Shown in pieces: positions 51,809 through 64,000 of a stretch of DNA of 64,000 nucleotides. Source of the DNA: Laetmonice hystrix (lineage: Eukaryota); NCBI GenBank assembly GCA_965235115.1, contig OZ249440.1:7316001-7380000 (forward strand), written 5' to 3'. A program made the position numbers and the translations under genes. Numbering within the stretch: position 1 is the stretch's first letter; every line of letters starts with the position of its first letter. The notes under the pieces are model-generated. The model was given only the letters and a program-made list of their open reading frames with translations. It was not told the origin of the DNA and searched no databases.

Positions 51809-53864
51809 CAAAGTCCCTTTACGTCTAGATACGTTTGTTGATCAAATTAGTCTGTATGGCCTATATGACGGTACTTATTGACCGAGCCGTATACGATACA
51901 GAATATCGTTATGACTTGCGTTGTATGACATCGGTCAAAAGAAAGTGAAACACCCTGGTGAAAGTATGCAATAAAATAAAAACATAATACTCCAAGCTAA
52001 TAATATAGAACTTCCTGGCTACGTTCACCATCTAGAATATATGTCCTGGAGCTTTGAGTAACCAGAGAAAGAACAAAACAGACCTGATATAATCGAAGGC
52101 CCTCTGACAATAATCTGTTTCTGTGATAAGATCTGGCGTCTCTGCCATTGCTAACCGGGGTATCTATATCCATCACTGCAAGCGAGTCACAATCGGAATT
52201 AGTTCCTGAGAACAACTTTTTTCGGTTTACAGTTACTGACAAGAAACGTATGTCAATAGGCCATTTCCACAAGTACCTTGACACGAATACGGTAACAAAA
52301 AGTCGGACGATACGGTTACCCTGGATTGAAATACAATGTCACTACAGATCAACCAGCCAACAGAAATATCGTCTCCATACAGACATTCACACCCTGACGT
52401 TATGCTTTACCAAAGATTTCCCAGACGGAAGATATTTTTTCATATCACTGATTCAGGTTTAGTCAAGATAAATACCATCATCACAACTTGATCACCCCTT
52501 CTAGTAACGGTTTGGCCATAATGATTGATAAAGATAACTACCTTGGCGGAACAAATTACCATTCAAAGTGTAAACTTATCTGGAAAACACATTTTAAATA
52601 GTCTAGTCACATAAATCTTATAACAAGGGGATCAATCGAAGATGTCCGGCTGTGTCATTAGGATGTTTGCATCACTGAACAGAAACTTTTTTACATTTCT
52701 TTGGCTGAATTCTTAACCGGAAACAGCAGTTATTGTAGCTCTCTTCATAAAGAGGGCTGAACATTTTTGTGCATGTATATCACAAGAAAATCAATTTTCA
52801 CAGCTTGCGTTACGCAACCTTTGAGTTAGCAGAATGAAGTACAATATATCACCTACACCCCCGGGACTGTACTTTGAATTTGATCTATAATACTTTCCAT
52901 GACAGTACTTTAGAAGTGAACCCCTGGTCCGGTCCAACAAAGTTTTGAGCTCTTAAATAAATGAAAATATATCCATTTCCACCCACAAAGGATTCGTATT
53001 TTGCGATGATATCAGTCCACACCGTCAGACGAAGCCGAAAGTAACATGGGGTTGAACGGCTTCGGTTAAGGAGGGTACGTGTCTGAGAGGTCGGGTAGAT
53101 ATGGCGGGGTTTAGTCCCACACCCTTCAGGCCGGTATCTCTGAATCTCTGGTGGCGAACAGTGAATTTGTCGGGTCGAATGAGGAGTGGGTTCACCTCCT
53201 CCCCCACCCTGCAGGTATGCAACTAGGCAACGCCTTAATGACTTTAACGTTCCGTCTTCCGATGGGTACACTGGACCGAACGACCAACCGTCTCGTTTCT
53301 CGCCAACTGTCACCCGTCTCAATTTTGCCGGCATTTAGAAATCGCAGTAGAAAAAGCGCCATCCCTCAAGCAGTTTAAAATAAAAACAAATGATGGAGGG
53401 GCGACTTTTTGTTCTTCTACTTATCATTACTCATCTTCACTCAGTGGGAGGAGTATATTATTTCAAACAGACCATGACAGAGCCGCACGTGTTGTAAAGT
53501 TACCCGGCGGGTCCCACATCTCGGTACCCAACAACATCCACCCCCCCTCCCCCTCCCCCCCCCCCATACCGCCTCCAACCCTCAACCCGCCCGGTCCTGA
53601 ATGCCTGATCACAGTGGAGAATTCACCCCGCTAATATCTCAAACAAATCGTCTCCAGGGCAACCCTTTTAAAACCTAACGTAGTGATTATACCCAGGTGA
53701 GTGTCACTGTTGGAATCATTGATCAGTGCCCCAACAGGTAGGCGGGCTGGCTGGTGCTGGAACCCTCACCACGGCCTGGCACTGGGTAAACAGATCATCA
53801 GTCGTACAGGTACCGGTACCCTGGGCCTGACGACATGAACAAACACCTCACCCATCACTGAGCT

Positions 53865-54005
53865 AATGTAAAATAACATCAGAAAAAATAACTCAATGTA
53901 AAATAACATCAGAAAAAATAACTCAATGTAAAATAACATCAGAAAAAATAACTCAATGTAAAATAACATCAGAAAAAATAACTCAATGTAAAATAACATC
54001 AGAAA
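53865..54005. repeat. A-rich minisatellite, 30-bp unit, about 4.7 copies
   Basis: Unit AATGTAAAATAACATCAGAAAAAATAACTC at 53865, 53895, 53925, 53955 and a partial copy at 53985. Confidence 0.93.
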
Positions 54006-54253
54006 TCAGCCCCGCCAGCTGCTTTCACTGTTTCAGGATACTGACACAATACTGAAAAAAAGTTTTAATTTGAATGTCATCAGAATCCCGGCCTGATTAA
54101 CATTATACACGACCAGGAGTCCATGAACAATCAAAAATAAAAATATTCTGAACTAAAGCTGATATAAACCTTCAGGTAAACCTTGCCCGTCCCGTTCCTA
54201 ATAACCAACATGATCTCACCCACACCTTGCTAAAATTGATGGCTTTATCATAG

Positions 54254-54557
54254 CACTGGGGGATCCGGGGGGGCAAGGCCCCCCCCCCCCCCTTAAATTT
54301 TCCTTTCCCCAACCTTTTTTTTAAGAAGATGCATTATTCGGACCCTGGAACCAGGATTCGAACAAAATTCATTGAAAAAGCCTCCTATTGTATGTGATAG
54401 TAACATCGGGCCCAAAATTTGGGCCTCCTAAGTCATCCAGGAGCAACATAGGCCTAACTCTGGGCCATGCAGCATTGAAATAGACATGCCGAGCGTAGCG
54501 AGGCAAATTTTTTTTTTTAGGTGGGCCCCCCTTATCAAAATCCTGGATCCCCCACTG
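54254..54557. mobile_element. Non-autonomous DNA element (MITE) with imperfect TIRs and a 5-bp target-site duplication
   Basis: The left end CACTGGGGGATCCGGG and the reverse complement of the right end CAGTGGGGGATCCAGG match at 14/16. CATAG lies directly on both sides (54249-54253 and 54558-54562). Confidence 0.7.
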
Positions 54558-54801
54558 CATAGGCATTACGAGTGCTAATCAACCTAGTTCTTTTTCCCCT
54601 CTGTAATCTGAGACTCAACACGTCCGATGGTGAGTCAATTCAATCTCGAGTCATGAAGTCCACAACACACTGAGGATCAAAATCAAGCCATTTGAAAACC
54701 TGTTTGTCCATTTCTGGTGAAGCCGATGAAGCTTTCACCTCAGCGAGCCTTTATGTGTTAGATATGAGAAACAGTTGGTGAAGGTGAGAGAGCAGCTTTA
54801 C

Positions 54802-57800
54802 CTGTTGGAGGTCGTAGGATCATTAGCCTGTAGGTCACTGGATCCCATCTCGCCAAACTCCAGGGCAACCACCTCCAGTGTCCTACAACACAGGAGTAAC
54901 AATTGTATCTTTAATAAACAACTGACACCAAAACTTGAACTAGATTAATAACATCCAACTTCTGGCACCGTCCTAATAAATTCTGCCTTGCTGGTATCAA
55001 ATGCATGCGGTCATACAGAATATAAGGTACCAAAAGGTGCTTCCTACTCATCACTAAATGGAAGGTAGAAGTTTCACTACGTAATTCAAACATGGCACCT
55101 AGGAAGCTTGTGATTACCTGACCTACAAGTTATCTAAATGTGGTATTTTATACATTGGCTGATGGCAAGCCACCACAATAAACCTTAGATATCATTCTCT
55201 TCAATACATTCAGATATCATATTATCATTTAATATCTAGCATCACATAAGGGCAGTCTAACGTGAATTCGGGTAAGCACCCTATCCACCCAGGCTCATGC
55301 ATCACCCATATTTGCCAGTGTCCCCCTCTTGCGGCCAAATATTGGTGTGGGCATCCCATTTGTTGACACTGTCACCAAGACATGCGGGCTGCAGGTAACC
55401 CAGCCAGCTCCATCCATTCCCAGCCCCAGCACTACTGTTTGCAACCACCAATTAGTAATTGTTCCCCTCTGAATGAAGCCTTTTCTTCATATATTGAAAA
55501 AAAATCATGTAACCTAGATACAGTGTAAGTGGGTCAACGCGGATGTGTCGGGAACAAAGTATTCATTGTATGATTTTCTGCTCCCTCATTGTCTGGTTTG
55601 CGTCATCTACATTAATGTTGACATGTTTGAGTTGAGCGGACTGTCATAGCACCGAATCATCACAGCCACCAGGCAGCCTGGGTGGAGCAGCTGGGCCATT
55701 GTAAGCCCCGGGTCCAGGAAACTAACCCTTCTATTCAACACCTTATAACATAAAACACGACGCATTGTCCCGATATGGATGGATGGTTCCTTTTTCTGGA
55801 ACTTATCAGATATTATTATTGTTCAAAACATTTTTAAATCAAACATAAGCTAAATTACCATCTGCAGTCTGGACGTGTCAATCAAGACGGTCTCTCACTT
55901 ATTCATATAATCTTTTATACATGTATACTTCAGTATATGTCATCCTGACATACACTAATAATGACATACCTCTTTCTGTTTCGTATGATATTACACAAAG
56001 AGAAATATGAGCAGAACTCTAATATCTTAACAGATTGAGTGGCGCCTGTTAGAGAACCTGGTTGATTGGTTCCAACACAGCCCACACAGTAACAGCTGTC
56101 AACTTATTGTGCCTTCTCTGATGGTTTTCTTTGGTCCATAAATTGGGGAAAAAAGGGAAAAATATCTACCTCTTCCATGGTATTATTCTGGAAGCAGTAA
56201 TCTGGTCGACCGCTGATTTTAAAATATCCAAACGTTGCTCTCCCACTTTGCTGAACCTAGCAATGCATTATCTGATTCTCACCTAACACGGTGAACTATT
56301 TAACGAGGGCGACTACAACGCCGTACTCCTTGTCTTTTCAACTGTCTTAGTTACAGCCCCTTAGTTACTTTTACTTTTTTCGATTATACTTCTCTGAAAG
56401 TTACATCAACTACGATTTTGCGTGTCCACGGCAGTAAAAGACTGTGGCGCCATCTGCATGTCAACACTTGAAACACGCGTCGCATGACAAACTGGCGTTG
56501 CGTGAGACACCCCAGAGGTGAGGTTGTCTGAGAGCAATCTGTTGAACTTTGACCTCAGTGCTCATTTTATACAAAATATTCCAACGAATGCCAAGGGGTT
56601 TTTCCTCTTTTTTTCCACAGTAGGTTATAGCTTTGTATTCCACTTATTTTTCAAAATACTGCAATTTATTTACTGCACAGTGCATGTCTCACAACTTCAG
56701 TGACCTTAGGTTTTAAATGTCATATCATCGTTTCCATTATAGTTTCACTAACAACGGCGTCCTTTGTTTTGACGCTTAAAAGTCTTTGAATACCTACAAT
56801 AAAATTACACGTTTATGACATTATTTTATGTCTACTTTCAAATAACAATCATTCCAATGACCATTATACACATCGTCTTGTCTGTAAACGCAGTTTGAAA
56901 TGAACCAACGTCCTAAATTATTGAAGTCAAGCCGTCATTAAAGGTGAAGTTTAAATAGTTCCAGGCTCTTTTGTGTTTGTATTTACTTGATTGCTTTCAA
57001 ACGAATATTTTTTAAATCAGTGGATCTTGAAAAAGACTTTTCTTCCGGAGATTTCCCTTTCTGTCCTATCTTGTCCTATCTTGATGTAAACATATATTCT
57101 TTAAATATCTCTGTAATAAAAAATGGCTACAAAAAAATCTTCATTAGGAACTAGCGGGGTAAGAAGCTCATGGGGGAGGCTGTAGTGGAGTGTAAAGTTC
57201 ATCTTTCGTAAAAAGTCACCAACTCAAATCCACATTTTCTTCCATATCAAACAATTTGACATATCATCGAATAGGGAAGGAGGGACACTCAAGGACATGC
57301 ATGAAAGGGCAGGTGGTTGAGTATATCCCCACCTCCCGACCACTGTCCAGGCCTAGAGCCCATTCACACGTGTGAAGACCGCCTTCCCTGCCCCCTGTGG
57401 TCTCCAGCTGGTAGCGGCCGTTTGACCTCAGACAGCAAGGGTCACTCAGGTACTGACCGTTGTCCAGTGGTGGTCTGCCTGAGGACGTAGCAGCGTTGGC
57501 ATGGCAGCGGCTCGGTGGTGAACACAGAATAGAGGTAGGTCGTCTCACCGATTGTCTTACTGAACCTGAGTAAATAAAGTACATGTGGTCTAGTGCTAAC
57601 AAACTAAACAGGCCATTGAAAACTGGGGGCTAGATGGCATTCAAGTCATTCAGTATCATGAGTTACATGATTCAACATTATAAATAATGTAACGATCAAT
57701 TTCTTTAATAAATTCCTGAAAAAATAACTATAATTTCATGTCATGTACTACTGACGAAAACCTCCGCACCGAGTAGTGACTGGGGAAGAAATCGCTCTTT

Positions 57801-60800
57801 GTATCACCAGATGGCGCTCTGAACACTTCTAACATCTTACACTCTGATTGGCATATCTTTGCCACTAGGTGGCGCCACCTAAGACCCACAGCTAACTTGC
57901 ATAGATCTACAATCTTTGTTACAACTCTAGCTTGTTTCATTCAGGGCCAGAGACTTCTAAGAATAAATAGGCATATAACTTACTGTGAGATTCGTAACTT
58001 GTAACCTTCACTTTGGTCTCTGAAAACACCAGTTACATTGCATTTAGCACCAAAAGACCAGTAAGGCTTCAAGCAAGTCTTATCCTTCAAAACGTTTGCT
58101 TTCAATCAGATCAATGCTACAAAATGAAACAATCATAGCAATTTTTTTTTAAACTAGGTATTTGAATCTACAAATGGACATGACCCAACAGGCATGAACA
58201 ATAAACACGTAAAGACACATCCTCTGAGTAGATGTTAACTTATTAAAACAAAATGTGTGGTGGATTTCTGATCAAATATCGTATTCAGGAATTAAGAGAT
58301 ACCTTACCTGAGTGGAAAGACACATGCTGTTGAAACACACTGCAAGGACTGGCCAATGACAGACTGAAATAGTGACAAACAAATCTGGCATGAAATAAAT
58401 TCATTTTCTAATTTAATATTAAATCTGTGGCTTCAAAGATTAACCAGGATATAGTAGTGAAGATTGCACATTTAGTCTGATGTTACTTACGGCACATTTG
58501 TTGAGAGCAGCATTGATACTCCTCTGGAGTTGCTTGTGACTCTGGATGAGGGACTCATTTGGCTTGGCTTCATACAACTTGCCCCCATCTGACAAATCAT
58601 GAGAAAAGATTTTAAAATTCATGACTTTAACTGGGAAGCTGAGGCATACTACTGTGTCATTTCCTACCTTTTGTACGAACTGTAATTTTGTACAATGTAA
58701 ATCACATGTGGTCAGTAAACAATATCATCTTGTTCAATGATCACCTGTCATGTCGTTTATACAAATATGTAGTCTAATACAGAGAATATTTTACAAGCGT
58801 GTCTACACACATGACTAGTTACTTACCTCTGAGTGAAGGGTTTTGTTCAAGGAATCGTACCCAGGGATTTGCACTATTGTCAGGGGGATCAGTCAGATCT
58901 TCATCCTTCAGGTACTGTGAAAAATATTGTGTGAAAAAAACAGTTTTCTGGGCATCCTCTGAACATATAAATTCCCTGCCTTAAAATAAGTAATTCCTTA
59001 CGAAGGAAACTTCTGTAAATATTTTACATGTACCTGGCCAACCTTCTCCAACTTAAACCCAGATGACTCCATCTCTTTTGTGAAGTTTTCCTTAAGAAAT
59101 TGCGCCACAAAACACAGATCTTGCTGGGTCATCTGAAATAAAAATACAAATTTTGTTACGACATCCACACAAAAAGTATAAATTGAACATGCCTGCACAA
59201 AGCAAATATATGATTTCTCTTGTTCTCAGTGAGAACGATGGCATTACCTTGCTGAGTTCAGGAGGCACTGGTTCTTCAGACAACCCACGAATCACTGTCA
59301 ACAAAAAACTTGGTCCCTTCAACTGGCTCTTCATACACGATCTCATGATCATTTAAAATGTACCAACACAGTGGAGGTTAAAGGTCAAATCAAAATACTC
59401 ACTGTATCTATCTGTAACAAAATTTAGTCTCTTTTACGTCTATGTTTCAGCAGGGTATCATCAAAGAATCTCCCGATTGTTTCACTTACCCACATATAGC
59501 CATCGGAAGAAAGCTTTGAAGTTTTTCATACTTCTATCAATGACTCTGAAACAGAAGCGTACATAGAAATGTAAATATCAAGATGAAGATTTTTCTGCAG
59601 TGATTCCCCTTATCAAATAGAAACCTTTCTTGGAATGCCAATTATTTCTGAATATGTGACTTACTGCTGTAATTCGCTGGCCTTTAACATGAAAGTACCA
59701 CCTGCCATGATGGCCTCCTGAACTGGTACAGCCGAGAGGCCAAGGACTCCAAACTTATCATACCACAGGGCCATGCCTCGGATGTCCGTCAACTGGTAGA
59801 CGATACACTGACCAACACTATCAATGATACACACGTTATGATAAAATAAGACTGAAAAGGTAGGTTATACCAACAAATTCTTATACACAGTGAATCAGAC
59901 ATTTCTGAATATTACTTCGTATATAAAAGTACAAAGAAAAATTAGAGCTAATATAGTACCATACCTCTGTAGATGTTTCAGCACCAGTTTTTGAATATTG
60001 GAATATGACGTCTCTATTGAGTGTCCCAGTTTTTTCAGCCCCTAAACAAAATGCAAACAAAAATAGCAAAGGACGGTTCAAAGGAGTTTGAACGACTTTG
60101 TCATGATAGATTAATGTAAAACACTATTATTGCTAAAGACTAGATCAAAGCCAATTGTGGCTGTACACACCTTGTCAGTGAGTTCATGAATTAGGAATGT
60201 TTGAAGTTCATCACTAGGTGTTCCCATCATCAGCAAGCGCAGGAAGTCATTACTGACACAGCCTCCTCCTGCCTTCTGTAGTCACATAAACAACTCTCAT
60301 GCCTTCTCTCAGTAAAGATTACTTTTTCATGAACATGATTTAATGGCGAAAAACTTATGGATTAATTTTTAAAAACATATAATACATACAAAACTTGAAA
60401 GACCATGTAGGATCCTATTATTAAGCAGTAGCCTAAAACAAATAAAACTGATCAGGTTCATGCCTTGGTTGCCTTATGAATCTGTGGCGACATATCTGTC
60501 TTACTTCATAGAATGCAAAACAAGCGTAATCAACTTGGTTTGGCTTGTGTCTGATCTATGCACATTTTGTGACTGCTTTCTCAATCTTACTTGTTTCTCT
60601 TCTGCAAACTTGTGGAGTTTAGAGTCCATTTCTAGTAGAATATCTTCCCATGCCTCACACATTTGCTGAATGGTTGAGTCCACATACTGAAAGATCAAAC
60701 ACATCGAGTAGTGACAATCATGGCGGCAGTGTGGACATGCCGGTTAAAAATATTAAAGACTACCTAAACAGGGGGAGGGGCACTTGCTTATTCTCTTACG

Positions 60801-63516
60801 TTCATCTTTACCTTCTTGTGTTACTTTTCCTTAACCTTCCCCCTCACAAGGAAAAGTCAGTCATCAACCAATTAGACTGTTATACTATACCGTCATCAGT
60901 GTGAGAACCTGGCCAAACTTTAAGGCCAACATCCGCAACTCTCGATCTCGAGAAGCTAGAAGTGTGGTGTCAAACTATTCAAGGAAGGTAGAAGATACAA
61001 ATTAGAGTAATCTGTTTGGAACAATCAATATATCTACTAGAATATAGAGACACTATTTGGTAAATCATACATATGATTCAGATATGTTCAGTATCCAGCC
61101 AACATGGATGACATATATTACTTGTATTTATCAATAAATTAATATTGGCATGCATATAGATTAGACTTTCCTACAGACTGATAATACTGGCAAACAATAA
61201 CTTATACTGACACAGATAAGAAAAGTATCTTTCTGATCACTATCATCCTGAGTAACCGCAACCATGAGTGACAGGAGGCAGAGGTCAGCAGACAGGTGAC
61301 CAGACACAACGACCCCACTCTGAAAGATAACCATTCTCAGTCAGTAGGTTTTCTTGGATAACTACTCCAAAACTTCCTTTACAAATTAAAACTGTATTGA
61401 CTGGCTTGAGATGTTTAAAAACAATGAACCCCTTTCCAACAAAATTCTGCCATAAAACTTCAGAATTCAGAGAACATACCGTATATGTCCTATTTGCCGC
61501 CCACCTCCTATTTGCCGCGCACCCCAGCATTTTTTAAAACCCAATGTGTTTGTCAGGGGTGGAAATTTGGGAAAACTCATATTGGGGACTCATATTGGGG
61601 ACCTATTTGGAAAGAAAATGCCCCCTTAACGTTAAAATAATTCATTTGCCGCGCACCCCCCTTCTGCACACGCGCATGCGTGGCAAATAGGACATATACG
61701 GTATTAGAGAATTTGGAACAAGAAAGAATATAGTGTACCTTGCCCATGCCATGCTGGTTGAGGTCCAGGGTACCAACTGGGAAAACGCCATATGCATACG
61801 TCTCTAGGGTACCATTCTCAGTACCAATTACCAGAACATTCAACCTGCAGTCATAGTTAGGATTACAGATCAAATCTTTCATAGCAACAGAAAACTTTAT
61901 ATTCTTAAATTTTTCCAAAGGCTTTAAAATGCATTTGAGAATTACATGTTAAAGTTTTCTAGTTACAAATGTACATGTCATGGAGTCATGCGAAGACTCA
62001 GGTTTTTGTCATATTTAGTTTGAAAGATCCTCTGGGCTTATTTTTATCAGCAACAAGAGAACTTACTCTGTTTGACCTTTCAGCCGCTTGGCATCCCATA
62101 CATTATCCTCACTATGAGAAAACAAACACAGTAGCGTTACAAACATATTAAATATCCAGTACCTGTTCCTTAAAGTACATTACTATTGATAAGATATACT
62201 TTTTGATCCTTTTAATATTACAGAATAGGTGACAATGCAAAATTGCTGGAATCCAGGTGGTGTGCTGGAACTATGTACGTACCTCTGTCCCTTTGATATG
62301 GCTGTGTAGCTAAAACACAAACAGAATATATTCCTTCATATAAGTAACACATGCACAGGTCATACTAATTATCTAACAAATTGATGAACAAAACTTACAA
62401 AGTATTTTCACTCAGGTGACCTTATTGCAGACAAAAGAAGAAGGCAAATGTTACTTATCTCTTAACATAAGTCAATAAGTCAGTGAGTCAGTAACTATCA
62501 GAGAATCACTAGTACCTTTTAGGAAAATGTGGCAGGCGGGGCAGAAACTGAGCAGATGTATCTTGATAACAGTCTGTCTCTGTGGGCTCTTCTGACTTAG
62601 CCTCTGGCTTGACCTCTGACACCCAGGTCATTGAGGTCAGACCAGCTTCCAGCTGGAGGTCATGAAGATGGGAAGCATTTTCCACATCACAAATGATGAC
62701 TTTCCCACTATTGTAGCCTACAGCAAGAACTGTCAAAACAAAACCATTGATTCATGTGAGACAGTCACAATAGACATCAATTTCTTTTATAATTTATTTT
62801 GGATACAATACTGCCCAACATCAGGAGTGACGATGGAGATACCGAAGAGGAATAATAAATCCTTACACACTTTCACTGCAACAAATCGGAAACTTTCACC
62901 ATGCATTAGTAACCTCAATCTACTCCTGACTTGCTATTAGGTTGAACCTAGTTTACTCCTACAAACCTTTCCCATCTGGCCTCCATGCTAAAGTGGTTAC
63001 TTTCACTTCCTCACTAGGTGGCGCCAGCGTCCAGACTTTCTGCCATGAGAGTCTGTGGAGCACCACCTGCAATTGGAATGATTATAAATCAAAAATACAA
63101 TATTTTCATGTCCTGGAAGATATTGACTGCCAAGTAATATCAATAATATGTCATTGAAATGTTGCTTTCACCTGATCATGAAAAAACATCCAATCGTGTG
63201 TGAGTATGGAACAAACTTTGATTTTGTTATGGAAATTTTCTAAAAGAAAATCCTTTTGGGGTAGATGCTGTTAAATATATATGATATTGTGTGGCAAGTC
63301 GATCTCTACACAATGAGGATATATCTACATGTGTATTTTGAACATACAATTGTTGCCACACACAGTAACTGAGAGTATAACCTGGCAGCAGTGACCTACC
63401 TCCCCCTGGACATTAGCCACAGCTAGGAGATCCATCTTTGGTGACCACACCATGAGTTCCACCTCTGCTGACACATGTTTCTCTTCATGCTGTCGAAAGG
63501 CACACAATTCGGCCAT
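54802..63516 (-). CDS. ANAPC4: Anaphase-promoting complex subunit 4; 21 coding exons traced (633 codons), 3' end not located
   Basis: Minus-strand exons, all AG/GT-bounded with continuous phase: 63516-63400, 63066-62967, 62729-62516, 62309-62283, 62111-62067, 61844-61739, 61319-61212, 60974-60891, 60686-60591, 60275-60171, 60041-59965, 59817-59665, 59545-59490, 59294-59248, 59132-59034, 58914-58827, 58588-58491, 58363-58308, 58019-57984, 57565-57458, 54882-54802. Diagnostic APC4 peptides: VWSPKMDLLAVAN, LAWRPDGK, MCEAWEDILLEMDSKL, GLKKLGHSIETSYSNIQKLV, SMKNFKAFFRWLY, MTQQDLCFVAQFL, LEKVGQYLKDE. The last three exons rest more on phase and splice sites than on similarity. An acceptor at 63542-63541 implies an upstream non-coding exon. 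Confidence 0.93.
57805..57877 (+). promoter_or_regulatory. Two tandem CTCF-like motifs in an ANAPC4 intron
   Basis: CACCAGATGGCGCT (57805-57818) and GCCACTAGGTGGCGCCA (57861-57877), same orientation, both close to the CCAC(C/T)AG(G/A)(T/G)GGCGC consensus. Motif match only. Confidence 0.4.
61479..61701. mobile_element. Tc1/mariner-type MITE (223 bp) with perfect TIRs and a TA target-site duplication, in an ANAPC4 intron
   Basis: TA|CCGTATATGTCCTATTTGCC ... GGCAAATAGGACATATACGG|TA: a perfect 20-bp TIR flanked by TA. The subterminal ATTTGCCGCGCACCCC is repeated internally. Confidence 0.85.
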
Positions 63517-63611
63517 GATTTCCAGGCCTCCCCACAGTCACTATAAAGAACAAGGCAGTACCATTATAATATCTGAGGAAAAATAACTCTACTCCATAGG
63601 TGCTGCTTCCT

Positions 63612-63933
63612 GGGGTGTCCAAACGACCCCCCCCCCCCCCCATTTAATCCAGTTGCCTAGACCGAAATTCTGGCTGTCCCGGGCGCTCGGTCCCTCGATT
63701 TGGTGGACCCTGTTAAGTATATCATTTTAATTTTATGTTTTAAAAAAGCAGTAGAGCTTCTTACAAGGTGACACATCTGCATATTGATTCCTTTGGTCAA
63801 AACTACCATTGTCATCCATTTTTTCAGGGGAATATGGGGTCATCCCTGATTAAGTAGTGGTCAGTCTGCAGGCCCGTAGCCAGGGGGGGGGTCGGGGGGG
63901 TCGGACGACCCCCCCCCCCCCCCCAGTTGCCTA
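63612..63933. repeat. Two related short poly-G/poly-C repeat-element fragments
   Basis: ACGA-poly(C)...CCAGTTGCCTA occurs at about 63623-63659 and 63905-63933; the second copy is preceded by GGGGGTCGG, forming a hairpin. Confidence 0.4.
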
Positions 63934-64000
63934 TCCCTAAGATTTTGTTCCACCCTTTAGTGCTGGATAGGCTCTGGAAAACCTTGGATTTATTTCCCAG

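Noticed and set aside
49850-51881. Long repetitive ORFs, for example (QNIMAAYSSNNDC)n, as a biomineral or adhesive protein
   Set aside because: Several frames on both strands are open, an in-frame TAG occurs in unit 28, most variants change amino acids, and there is no signal peptide or exon context.
56034-56110. IEWRLLENL peptide resembling the APC4 C-terminal WRLLES segment
   Set aside because: Wrong strand for ANAPC4, and the similarity does not extend.
57210-57275. Minus-strand YVKLFDMEEN resembling the APC4 terminal VRVFEMD motif
   Set aside because: Directly preceded by an in-frame TGA, no suitable acceptor, and it would skip a large part of the protein.

Overview
Animal genomic DNA with spliceosomal introns. 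A lophotrochozoan, probably a mollusc, is my inference from the SINE type and the Tae4-like gene. Two protein-coding genes are supported. (1) On the + strand, a three-exon gene (15339-15410, 26790-27297, 37421-37650; 269 aa) encodes a signal peptide, then a complete bacterial type VI secretion amidase effector 4 (Tae4)-family domain in one exon, then a His/Arg-rich tail. It looks like a domesticated amidase effector (dae4-like), but the catalytic Cys position is Ala while the catalytic His is kept. This possible secreted peptidoglycan-binding pseudo-amidase with a cationic tail is the most interesting element here. (2) On the - strand is ANAPC4, with 21 in-phase coding exons traced from 63516 to 54802 (633 codons). 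I could not locate its last exons. The rest is intronic or intergenic: minisatellites (32, 45, 74, ~37, 33, 24, 50, 39 and 30 bp units), a tRNA-derived SINE with a perfect 14-bp target-site duplication, several MITEs, a decayed LINE endonuclease fragment, a G-quadruplex tract and CTCF-like motifs. All homology calls come from remembered family motifs, not from a database search.
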